Assembly (NCBI GenBank): GCA_963733915.1
Contig: CAVTEP010000004.1
Location: 112,758-176,757, forward strand
DNA length: 64,000 nucleotides
Source: Candidatus Sulfomarinibacteraceae bacterium
GTDB taxonomy: Bacteria; Acidobacteriota; Thermoanaerobaculia; Thermoanaerobaculales; Sulfomarinibacteraceae
Direction: 5' to 3'
Made by a program: the position numbers and the translations under genes. The notes below the pieces were generated by a model, which was not told where the DNA came from, ran no database searches, and was given only the letters and a program-made list of their open reading frames with translations. Each line of letters starts with the position of its first letter. Position 1 is the first letter of the stretch. This document shows positions 1-7,785 of the stretch, piece by piece.

Positions 1-283
1 CGTAGGTGGTGCAGCCATCGCTCTGGATGTCGACCAGGATCGCCCGACCCGCGAGCTCGTCGAGAATCGTGCGTGCCGAATCCACCGGCATTTTCCAGAC
101 CCCTGCCGCTTTGTCGGCGGTGAACGGCCGGATCGGCAGCAGCGCCACCATTTCCGCTTCGCGTTCGGAGAACAGCATCTCGAGGATTCGGTAGAGGAGA
201 TCCGACGGCGGCGCGCCCTGAGGAAAACGATTGATCCGATCCACCAGATCCAGGTAGCCCTGTTTCACTGTGTGGTGCGCCAT
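1..283 (-). CDS. 5' end of a conserved hypothetical protein running off the window (MAHHTVKQGYLDLVDRINRFPQGAPPSDLLYRILEMLFSEREAEMVALLPIRPF...)
   Basis: Own reverse-complement translation: ATG is the complement of 281-283 and the frame is open to position 1 with normal composition. It is absent from the ORF track because the window edge truncates it. Function not recognised with confidence. Confidence 0.5.
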   Translation of the reverse strand, partial: MAHHTVKQGYLDLVDRINRFPQGAPPSDLLYRILEMLFSEREAEMVALLPIRPFTADKAAGVWKMPVDSARTILDELAGRAILVDIQSDGCTTY

Positions 284-326
284 CGGCTGCTCCGCGCCCA
301 TTATCGCAGCTCCCGTCCACCCCTCG

Positions 327-405
327 TTGAAAAGGAGAAAAGGAGAAAAGGAGAAAAGGAGAGAAGGGGAGGAGGGGCGGTCGCCTTTTCCCCTTTTCCC
401 CTCCA
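327..405. repeat. Octamer tandem repeat (GAAAAGGA x4) forming the left arm of an imperfect hairpin with CCTTTTCCCCTTTTCCCCTCC
   Basis: Read directly. It shares the TTGAAAAGGAGAAAAGGAG core with the element at 1434-1513. Confidence 0.7.
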
Positions 406-433
406 GCTCCTCGGAGTGGGTGGATTGGTGGTA

Positions 434-462
434 TTGCCATTCATGCAATACTTTTATACAAT
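434..462 (+). promoter_or_regulatory. Sigma70-like promoter TTGCCA-17-TACAAT for the antitoxin/toxin pair
   Basis: -35 at 434-439, 17-nt spacer, -10 at 457-462, about 20 nt upstream of ATG 483; lies in an AT-rich pocket. Confidence 0.5.
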
Positions 463-482
463 AAATTTTGGGAACACCATTC

Positions 483-749
483 ATGCCCGACAAGAAACTG
501 CGCAAGGTCACCTATTCGTTGCCGGAGGAACTGGTCGACGGGGTACGTCTCGTGGTCCGGGGGGGCGCCGCGCCGTCGTACAGCGCATTCGTCCAGCGCG
601 CCATCGCCGATGGCATCAGCCGTGCCCGCGAACAGCTGCTGGCGGACGCCTTCCGGAACGCGGCCCAGGACCCGGCTTTTCTCGCCGATGTCGACTGGGC
701 TTTGCGCGATGATGGTTTTGCCGACGATGTTGCGGACCAAGAGCATTGA
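483..749 (+). CDS. Type II antitoxin, ribbon-helix-helix/MazE-like
   Basis: Track ORF 468-749 (TTG); ATG at 483 preferred. Small acidic C-terminus, and its stop overlaps the start of a MazF/PemK gene (TGATG). Confidence 0.6.
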   Translation: MPDKKLRKVTYSLPEELVDGVRLVVRGGAAPSYSAFVQRAIADGISRAREQLLADAFRNAAQDPAFLADVDWALRDDGFADDVADQEH

Positions 750-1123
750 TGACGGCGCCGCCGCTCCAGTGGTCGATCTTCGCGATCGACCTCGACTCGG
801 CACCCGATCGCGGGCCGGCAGAAGCCCGGCCGGTGCTGGTGGTTTCACGCGAGTCCGCCAATGCCGCCTTGCCAATGGTGACGGTCGTGCCACTCGCCGA
901 ATTCCGGCCGGGTCGGCGTATCTACCCCAACGAAGTGCTGGTACCATCAGAGGTAGCTGGTTTGACCAACGATTCCATCGCTATGGCCCATCAGACCCGG
1001 ACTGTCCTCAAGCGGCGATTGACCGCGCCGGTCGGCGTGATCGACGACCCAGACCTGCGTTCGGCGGTGCGCCTGGCGATACGAATCCAGTTGAACCTGG
1101 AGCACGAGATCGGATCCGGATGA
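749..1123 (+). CDS. mazF: Type II toxin, MazF/PemK family endoribonuclease
   Basis: ARPVLVVSRESANAALPMVTVVPLAEF... matches the MazF/PemK core pattern (P-x-LVV-S..., V-x-V-P-L). Overlaps the upstream antitoxin. Confidence 0.8.
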   Translation: MTAPPLQWSIFAIDLDSAPDRGPAEARPVLVVSRESANAALPMVTVVPLAEFRPGRRIYPNEVLVPSEVAGLTNDSIAMAHQTRTVLKRRLTAPVGVIDDPDLRSAVRLAIRIQLNLEHEIGSG

Positions 1124-1154
1124 TGATGACTGCGAACTTCCGGGAGGATCGGTC

Positions 1155-1409
1155 ATGACAATGCAGAAGGTCCCGAGCAACGACGCCCAGAACGAGTTTC
1201 AATTCGTGATGGATCAGGTCTGCTCGGGGCTGGGACCGGTCCTGATTACGGGCATGCGGGGCAACGCCGTGCTGGTTTCGGAGAAGGAATGGCGCTCGCT
1301 GAAGAAGAGGCTCACGACCCTCGAGGTGTTTGCCATGGATCACGGGTCGGCAAAGGTTCCGGAGAGGGGTGCCGATCGCCCCTCCGTAGGGGGCATCATC
1401 CACGACTGA
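1155..1409 (+). CDS. Phd/YefM-family antitoxin, orphan (no cognate toxin downstream)
   Basis: GPVLITGMRGNAVLVSEKEWRSLKKRL resembles the YefM at 54475 (PILITGKRGNVVLVSEDDWRAIQETL). RBS GGGAGG upstream. Confidence 0.65.
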   Translation: MTMQKVPSNDAQNEFQFVMDQVCSGLGPVLITGMRGNAVLVSEKEWRSLKKRLTTLEVFAMDHGSAKVPERGADRPSVGGIIHD

Positions 1410-1433
1410 GCAGCACCCGCCCTCCCACCCTTC

Positions 1434-1513
1434 CTTGAAAAGGAGAAAAGGAGCAGAGGCGCAGAGGGGACGGCGCGGCTCCGTTTCTCCTTTTCCCTTT
1501 TCTCCTTTTCAAG
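1434..1513. repeat. Long imperfect hairpin element (CTTGAAAAGGAGAAAAGGAG ... CTCCTTTTCCCTTTTCTCCTTTTCAAG)
   Basis: Inverted arms read directly; same core as 327-405. Together they bracket the TA genes at 483-1409. Confidence 0.7.
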
Positions 1514-1557
1514 ACATCACCCCAAAGCCTCATAGCCTTGGGCGCGTTGTCGGTGTT

Positions 1558-2613
1558 ATGGTCGTACACGCGATCACCATGGACTTACCGGGTCTCTACC
1601 GCCAGATGCTTCGAGCTCGGAACTACGAGCTCGCCGTCGAAGATTTGTGGCACCGCGGCCTGATCTCGGGTGAGATGCACCTCGGTACCGGAGAGGAGGC
1701 GGTAGCGGCCGGCGTCGTGACCCTCCTCGTAGACGGCGACGGGTTGGCCCTGACCCACCGTTGTTCTCCGGCCCTGGTGGTTCGCGGTGTGCCCCTGGTG
1801 CCGATGCTGCGCGAGCTCATGGGATGCGAGGACGGGCTGTGCCGAGGCCGCGGGGGTCACATGCATTTGTTTTCGAAGGAGCATCTGGCGGCGAGCTCCG
1901 GCATCGTCGGTGCTTCACTGCCAGCGGCCGCCGGATTTGCCCTCGCCAACCGCCGGCTGCGCGCCGGCAACGTGGCGGTGGCTTTCACCGGCACCGGCGC
2001 CATGAACTCCGGGATGGCGCTCGAGACCCTCAACCTCGCCGTGGCGTGGTCGCTGCCGATGCTCGTCGTCTGCATCGACAACGGATGGGCCATCACCACC
2101 ACCTCTGAGGCGGTGACGGGCGGCAATCTCGTGGAACGAGCGCGTGCCTTCGGCTGGCGAGCGGAGTCGATCACCGGCCGCGATGTTCGCGTCGTCCACA
2201 AGGCCGCCACGAAGATGATCGAATCGTTGCGACGCGGCAAGGGTCCGGCCTTTTTGCACGCAACATGCCCGCGTCTCGATGGCCATTTTCTCGGCGACCC
2301 GTTGCTCCGGATGGCGAGGCGACCCTTCGCCGAAGGCAAGGAGACTTTCGGAAGAGTCATCAACGCCGCCGTGTCGCGTGGGGGCGGCGGGCTCACCGAA
2401 CGCGCCGGTGGGATGACCAGCATGATGTCGGTGATGGCCAAGGCGCGCCGGAGCCCGACTCGCGAGCGGCGTGGCGATCCGATCCTCGCGGCGCGCAAGG
2501 TGATGGGAAGGTTCGAGGTGGAGCGAAATCGGATCGACGCCGAGGTCACGGCCGAGATCGAGGCGGCTGTCGCTGCCGCGCTTGCCGATCGATCGGATGC
2601 AGCCGGTGCGTGA
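1558..2613 (+). CDS. Thiamine-diphosphate-dependent dehydrogenase E1 component, alpha subunit (pyruvate/acetoin/2-oxoacid type)
   Basis: Track ORF 1435-2613; ATG 1558 chosen because the upstream part runs through the hairpin repeat. Motifs GEMHLGTGEEA, GIVGASLPAAAGFA and FTGTGAMNSG are typical of E1 alpha. Confidence 0.85.
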   Translation: MVVHAITMDLPGLYRQMLRARNYELAVEDLWHRGLISGEMHLGTGEEAVAAGVVTLLVDGDGLALTHRCSPALVVRGVPLVPMLRELMGCEDGLCRGRGGHMHLFSKEHLAASSGIVGASLPAAAGFALANRRLRAGNVAVAFTGTGAMNSGMALETLNLAVAWSLPMLVVCIDNGWAITTTSEAVTGGNLVERARAFGWRAESITGRDVRVVHKAATKMIESLRRGKGPAFLHATCPRLDGHFLGDPLLRMARRPFAEGKETFGRVINAAVSRGGGGLTERAGGMTSMMSVMAKARRSPTRERRGDPILAARKVMGRFEVERNRIDAEVTAEIEAAVAAALADRSDAAGA

Positions 2614-3619
2614 GCTCGGCCTCGGGCAGGCGGTCGACCGCTCCATCGAGGACGCCATGGCGCGGGATGAGTCCATCATCCTCATCGGTGAGGATGCGCC
2701 GATGCTGCGGGCGCCGCTCCTGGCCCGTTTTGGCGCCGGCCGCGTCCTTGCCGCGCCGATCAGCGAGGCCGCCTTCCTCGGCGCCGCCGCCGGTGCCGCC
2801 ATGGCCGGGCTGCGACCGGTGGTCGAGCTCTACATGGTCGATTTCATCGCGGTCGCCCTCGACGCGGTGCTCAACCACATCGCCAAGCTCGAAGGGTTTT
2901 CAGGCGGTCGGTGGAAAGCGCCGGTCGTCATCCGCGCGCCGTCCGGCGGCGGCTACGGCGACGGCGGCCAGCACGCGCAGGCATTGTGGGGGAGCCTGGC
3001 CGCGATTCCGGGTCTCGCGGTGGTTGTCGCCTCGACCCCCGCCGACGCCTACGGTTTGATGTCGTCGGCGCTCGCCCACGACGGACCGGTGATCTTCATG
3101 GAACCCAAGCTCCTGTCCGACGAATGGCTCGAGTTTCTCGGCCGGGGCGGGCGCGACACCATTCAATTTGACGTTCCCGCGGACGGTCGTTTCGGCCCGG
3201 TACCCGATTTACCGTACACGACGCCGTTTGGTTCGGCAGTCGTCCGCCGCCAAGGAACGGACCTCAGCATCGTCTCGCTTGCAGTCGGCGTCCACCGCGC
3301 CCTCGAGGCAGCGGCCCGGCTCGCGGGCGATGGTGTTTCCTGCGAGGTCATCGACCTCCGTTCGCTGCGGCCCCTCGACACGGCAACCGTGATTACGTCG
3401 GTCTCCAAGACCGGCCGTTTGCTGGTGGTCGACGAGGATTACCGTGAGTTCGGGCTCTCGGGCGAGCTGGCGGCCGTTTGTCTCGAGGCCGGGCTCGGCC
3501 CGCGCTTTGCCCGGGTCTGCGTAGAGGACACCTTGCCCTTTGCCCGCCACCTCGAGGACGCCGCCCTGCCGAACGTCGGACGGATCATCGCCGCGGCAAG
3601 GTCGTTGACCGACTCGTAG
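2597..3619 (+). CDS. Dehydrogenase E1 component, beta subunit (transketolase-like pyrimidine-binding + C-terminal domain)
   Basis: Track ORF 2582-3619 (TTG); ATG at 2597 overlaps the alpha stop. Motifs ISEAAFLGAAAGAAMAGLRPVVE, GGQHAQ and VIFMEPKLL. Confidence 0.85.
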   Translation: MQPVRELGLGQAVDRSIEDAMARDESIILIGEDAPMLRAPLLARFGAGRVLAAPISEAAFLGAAAGAAMAGLRPVVELYMVDFIAVALDAVLNHIAKLEGFSGGRWKAPVVIRAPSGGGYGDGGQHAQALWGSLAAIPGLAVVVASTPADAYGLMSSALAHDGPVIFMEPKLLSDEWLEFLGRGGRDTIQFDVPADGRFGPVPDLPYTTPFGSAVVRRQGTDLSIVSLAVGVHRALEAAARLAGDGVSCEVIDLRSLRPLDTATVITSVSKTGRLLVVDEDYREFGLSGELAAVCLEAGLGPRFARVCVEDTLPFARHLEDAALPNVGRIIAAARSLTDS

Positions 3620-3692
3620 ACCGCGCCGCGCGGAAGGAGACCACCCGACCACACGGCAACTGACGCCCTTCGGGCGTCGTGACGCACCGTTG

Positions 3693-3896
3693 TCACCAGC
3701 TCTGGCGAACCGCCTCCTCCGCGATCCAGGAGTTGGTCGCCATCGGCCAGCCGTGTGCCCGGCTCCAGGTGTTGAGCTCCCGCATCAGGCGGTGATACTC
3801 CCGATCGGCCTCATTCGGCCATTCGGTGCGCTCGTCCGGGAGCGATTCGACTGCGGCGAAGCTCCGCAGGGTTTTGAGTTCCGATGTGGATTCCAT
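3693..3896 (-). CDS. Small hypothetical protein (67 aa, MESTSELKTLRSF...)
   Basis: Internal ATG (complement of 3894-3896) is preceded by GGAGGG on the minus strand. The longer track ORF 3693-4034 would overlap pncB. Confidence 0.4.
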   Translation of the reverse strand: MESTSELKTLRSFAAVESLPDERTEWPNEADREYHRLMRELNTWSRAHGWPMATNSWIAEEAVRQSW

Positions 3897-4030
3897 GACC
3901 ACCCTCCGTTTCCGCCCTCGCGACCTCAGCCGTTGAGAAATACGAGCTCGCGGCCGTCCGGGATACACACTATGGCATAAATAAGGTATAAATACAAGCG
4001 AAATATTCCTCTCATTCAGCTTTTTCTTGG

Positions 4031-5377
4031 TCAAGCCCGGGTGGCGAGCTCTTTTCGGAGCTTTTCGAGTCGGTCTGAGATCGCTACCGGGTAGGGTGAA
4101 GCTAAGGGCTTCAGCTTCCGCATCGGCTCCGGAAGCCTTCGCAGCTCGCCGGCCGCCCGTTCGCGCGCGGCGGTGAGGTCGTCGCCTTTCGTGTCGATTC
4201 GCAGGCCGTTTTTCATGACCGGCGCGAGCAGCGGTTCGCCGGGCAGACGCTCGCCGTCGAGGCCGACCACATCGCGCAGCGGGGTGCCGTCGTCCGCCCG
4301 TTCCCGCCAGATCTGCTTGACCCCGGGCAGGGAGGCCTTGTCGGTCGACAGTTTGAGCAGCGGCTTCTCGTCGAGCTGGGCCAGCTTGTAGACGATGTCG
4401 AGGTTGGGAGCGTCCTCGGAGGTACCGAGCCGGGTGCCGATGCCGTAAGCGTCGATGGGCGCGCCCGAGTGCGCCAGCTCCTGAACCCGGAGTTCGTCGA
4501 GGTTGCCGGAGGCGAAGATCTGCAGCTGCTCGAGGCCGGCGTCGTCGAGCATCCTCCGTACGGCCTTCGCCAGGTGCGTGAGGTCGCCGGAGTCGAGGCG
4601 GATCCCGCGCACCCGGAAGTCGTCCCCCAGCTCCTCGGCAAGATCGATCACCCGTCCGACACCGCGCAGGGTGTCGTAGGTGTCGACCAGTAGGATGGTC
4701 TCGGGGTAAGCGCCGACAAAGCTCCTGAAAGCGGCCGTCTCGTCACCCATCGCCTGGACGTAGCTGTGGGCCATGGTGCCGGCGACCGGAATGCCGAACT
4801 CCTTCCCTGCCTCGAGGTTCGAGGTGCCGTCGAAGCCCGCGACGAACGCGGCACGGGCGCCGAAGAGACCGGCCTCGCTGCCGTGGGTGCGGCGCAACCC
4901 GAAATCGAGCAGGCCGCGGCCGTCCGCGGCCAGAACCACCCGCGCCGCCTTCGACGCAATCAATGTCTGGTGGTGGATCTGGTTCATCACTGCGGTCTCG
5001 AGGAGTTGCGCTTCGAGGATCGGCGCCGTAATTCTTACGATCGGTTCGCCGGCGAAGGCGGTATTGCCCTCGGGCATCGCTGCGACGTCGCCCGTGAATC
5101 GAAAGTCCGCGAGGTATTCGAGAAAGGTCGGGCGGAAATATCCAAGGGACTCGAGGTACCCGAGATCGGAAGAGGTGAAGCGCAGGTCCTCGATCCGGTC
5201 GAGCGCCGGACCGAGCCCGGCGGTGAGCAGAAAGTCCCGTCCCGGAGGCAGGCGACGGACGAAGAGGTCGAAAGTGGCCCGCCCTTCGACGCCGTTTGAG
5301 TGGTAGGCCTGCATCATGGTCAGCTCGTAGAGATCGACGACGAGCGCTGACCACCAACGGGACGCGGAAGGCCTCAT
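4031..5377 (-). CDS. pncB: Nicotinate phosphoribosyltransferase
   Basis: 448 aa. N-terminal LVVDLYELTMMQAY signature and family-typical length; 4-nt overlap with pncA upstream. Confidence 0.9.
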   Translation of the reverse strand: MRPSASRWWSALVVDLYELTMMQAYHSNGVEGRATFDLFVRRLPPGRDFLLTAGLGPALDRIEDLRFTSSDLGYLESLGYFRPTFLEYLADFRFTGDVAAMPEGNTAFAGEPIVRITAPILEAQLLETAVMNQIHHQTLIASKAARVVLAADGRGLLDFGLRRTHGSEAGLFGARAAFVAGFDGTSNLEAGKEFGIPVAGTMAHSYVQAMGDETAAFRSFVGAYPETILLVDTYDTLRGVGRVIDLAEELGDDFRVRGIRLDSGDLTHLAKAVRRMLDDAGLEQLQIFASGNLDELRVQELAHSGAPIDAYGIGTRLGTSEDAPNLDIVYKLAQLDEKPLLKLSTDKASLPGVKQIWRERADDGTPLRDVVGLDGERLPGEPLLAPVMKNGLRIDTKGDDLTAARERAAGELRRLPEPMRKLKPLASPYPVAISDRLEKLRKELATRA

Positions 5378-5943
5378 ATTTCGGCCCCGGAGCGCAGCTC
5401 GACCCCGGCCGCCCGCAGCTGCTCCGTTGTACGTTCGCCGTCACCCGATTCGACCTCCACCGGCCGTGTTCCGTCCGCCAGCAGCACGACCTCGAAGCCC
5501 GCTTGAACTGCATCGAGGCAGGCGGCCCTTACGCAGTACTCGAGCGCGAGCCCACAGACGATGACTCGGTTGACGCCTCTCCGATGCAGGACCTCGCCAA
5601 GACCGGTGCCTTCGAAGTCAGAGTAGGCCTCGTGTTCCGAGGTCGTCGCCTTCTGCACAACGCAAAAGATCGGCGGCAGCTCGAGGGCGGGGTGGAGCTC
5701 GGCGCCGGCAGTGCCCTTGACGCAGTGTTTCGGCCACGGCCCACCCCGGGTCGCAAACGAGCAGTGGTCGGCGGGGTGCCAATCTCGAGTCACGAATACC
5801 GGCAGACCGGCCTCCGCGAAGATTTGCAGGGCGCGGTTGACCGTCGGCAGGATCGCGTCGCCGTCGGGCACGGCCAAAGCCCCGCCGGGGAAAAAGTCGA
5901 CCTGGGGATCGACGACCAACAACGCGTCGCATGACTCTGGCAT
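5374..5943 (-). CDS. pncA: Nicotinamidase/pyrazinamidase (isochorismatase family)
   Basis: LLVVDPQVDFFPGGALAV, TRDWHP and CGLALEYCV motifs; translationally coupled to pncB. Confidence 0.85.
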   Translation of the reverse strand: MPESCDALLVVDPQVDFFPGGALAVPDGDAILPTVNRALQIFAEAGLPVFVTRDWHPADHCSFATRGGPWPKHCVKGTAGAELHPALELPPIFCVVQKATTSEHEAYSDFEGTGLGEVLHRRGVNRVIVCGLALEYCVRAACLDAVQAGFEVVLLADGTRPVEVESGDGERTTEQLRAAGVELRSGAEI

Positions 5944-6084
5944 CGTCGCCTCCTCTCGTCGCCTCCCATGCTACCGGAAGTGCGCCTGGACACCGGAGAG
6001 GGTCATCCTCTCCGCCTCTCCGTGCGCGCCCGGAACCTTCAACATCTGACGGCGTATCATGACTGAAGCTGAAAGGAGCAAGCC

Positions 6085-6555
6085 ATGGTTCGAAACCTTC
6101 TTGTCGTTTTTCTCTGCACCGCCTTCCTTGCGATCGCGATTCCCGGTCTTGCCGCCGAAACCGACGACGAGGCGGCGATCAAGGCCACGGCTCTCGACTA
6201 CCTCATGGGCTGGTACACCGGCGACGCCGAGCGCATGGAACGGGCCCTCCACCCCGATCTCGCCAAACGTATCGTACGCATCGACCCCGAAGGCAAGTGG
6301 GACCGGGTCGACGGCATGTCGGCGATGACCCTCGTCCAGTTCACGCGTAAGGGCTACGGCACAAAGGTTCCGGTCGCCGAGCGCCAGGCCGACATCACCA
6401 TTCTCGATGTCTTCGGCAACGCCGCCTGTGTCAGGGCGGTGGCCCGCGATTGGGTCGATTACCTCCAGATCGGCAAGGTCAACGGCGAGTGGAAGATCAT
6501 CAACGTGCTATGGGAGATGAAGCCCCAGCCGCCGCATGAAGGTACCGGCCAGTGA
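6085..6555 (+). CDS. Secreted NTF2-like / putative lumazine-binding family protein
   Basis: Signal peptide (LLVVFLCTAFLAIAIPGLAAE), then AIKATALDYLMGWYTGDAERMERALHPDLAKR ... NGEWKIINVLW, typical of the lumazine-binding SnoaL-like family. Confidence 0.6.
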   Translation: MVRNLLVVFLCTAFLAIAIPGLAAETDDEAAIKATALDYLMGWYTGDAERMERALHPDLAKRIVRIDPEGKWDRVDGMSAMTLVQFTRKGYGTKVPVAERQADITILDVFGNAACVRAVARDWVDYLQIGKVNGEWKIINVLWEMKPQPPHEGTGQ

Positions 6556-6596
6556 CCGTCTGGAGGATTGAGCTCGGGGACGTCGTCTGATTGACC

Positions 6597-6950
6597 ATGA
6601 GCGCGAGCAGGAAGCCCCACACCGTCTACGCGACCGACCGCGGACGGGTGTGCCCGAAGTGCGGTTGGCCCATGGTGAGCTGCCGCTGTTCGGCGGGCTT
6701 TGACGAGACGGTGCCGGACCGCATCACGGCCCGCCTGCGCATCGAAAAGGCGGGCCGCAAGGGCAAGACTGTGACCGTGGTCGAGGGTCTGCCCCGAAAC
6801 AGCGCCTTCCTCAAGGACCTCGCTTCCGAGCTCAAACGTGCCTGCGGCTCGGGCGGCAAGGCCGGCGACGCTTCAGTCGAGATTCAGGGCGACCGCGTCG
6901 ACACCCTTCGCGAGCTCCTCCGCGCCAAGGGTTGGGTGGTCAAGGGGTGA
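6597..6950 (+). CDS. yciH: SUI1/YciH family translation initiation factor-like protein
   Basis: CPKCGWP..C.C zinc-ribbon N-terminus plus the SUI1 domain (RKGKTVTVVEGL ... LKRACGSGG ... IQGD). Track ORF starts at TTG 6591; ATG is at 6597. Confidence 0.85.
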   Translation: MSASRKPHTVYATDRGRVCPKCGWPMVSCRCSAGFDETVPDRITARLRIEKAGRKGKTVTVVEGLPRNSAFLKDLASELKRACGSGGKAGDASVEIQGDRVDTLRELLRAKGWVVKG

Positions 6951-6974
6951 TCGGGACGAGCCGTGGAACGCGGG

Positions 6975-7778
6975 TCAACAGCTGCGGTGGAGCAGCGCCG
7001 GTGGCTGGATCGCGGCGGCGGCGAAGCCTTCCATAACCCGCTCGGTGACGTCGGTCTCGAAGGCCTTCTCGAAGCTCACGTCGAGCACGTAGGCCTTGGC
7101 CCGAAGGCGCAATGCGAAGTAGCTGTCCTGCAGCACCTGAGAGATGGTGACCGCCCACGGGCGCGCGGTCGAAACGAAGCGGGAGCTGGTCAGGGCTTCG
7201 GTGACGATGCTCTTGGCCTTCGCAAGATCCTGGTCGAGGCCGATATAGAAGTCCATCTGCACCATCATCTCCACCGACCCGGCGTTGCCCGAGGCCACCG
7301 AGTCGGTGAGAAACCTGTTGTTCGGGATGGTCACCTGGGTGTCGTCGAGGGTCACGAGCGTGACCGACCGCAGTCCGATGTGGCGGATCTCGCCGTACCA
7401 GCCGTCGAATGTGACCCGGTCGCCGACCTGGAAGGGGTGGTCGATGAGGATGATCAGCCCGGCGATGATCGACGACACCAGGTCCTTGAGCGCGAAACCC
7501 ACCGACACTGCGGCGGTTCCGCCGAGCGCTAGCAGGACCTGCGGCGTTATCTCCACCACCGTGAGCGCGGCGGAGAGCAACCCGATGAGCAGCACGCCGA
7601 AACGCGCGAAGGAGCCGATCTGGTTGATGACGAGCCGTCTGTCGGTGAATCGTTGTCCGAGCTCGCTGAAGAGGCGCCGCGCCAGGTGCGCGATGACCAG
7701 GGTGACCACGATGACCAACAGCGCGTAGGGGAGATTCCCGGGTTGAAATATGGACAGCAGGCTCGTGTTTGGCTCCAT
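6975..7778 (-). CDS. Small-conductance mechanosensitive channel (MscS family)
   Basis: Track ORF 6975-8180 is trimmed to the internal ATG (complement of 7776-7778, MEPNTSLL). Three TM segments, then LIDHPFQVGDRVTFDGWYGEIRHIGLRSVTLVTLDDTQVTIPN, the classic MscS beta-domain. Confidence 0.85.
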   Translation of the reverse strand: MEPNTSLLSIFQPGNLPYALLVIVVTLVIAHLARRLFSELGQRFTDRRLVINQIGSFARFGVLLIGLLSAALTVVEITPQVLLALGGTAAVSVGFALKDLVSSIIAGLIILIDHPFQVGDRVTFDGWYGEIRHIGLRSVTLVTLDDTQVTIPNNRFLTDSVASGNAGSVEMMVQMDFYIGLDQDLAKAKSIVTEALTSSRFVSTARPWAVTISQVLQDSYFALRLRAKAYVLDVSFEKAFETDVTERVMEGFAAAAIQPPALLHRSC

Positions 7779-7785
7779 CACGCCC

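Noticed and set aside
327-1513. Integron gene cassette with attC sites
   Set aside because: The hairpins do not show the GTTRRRY / RYYYAAC core sites or the bulged attC architecture, and no intI gene is present. It is kept only as a generic hairpin-flanked cassette.
3655-3680. Hairpin GACGCCC-TTC-GGGCGTC between convergent genes as an intrinsic terminator
   Set aside because: The stem is plausible, but there is no U-tract on either strand, so it is too weak to call.
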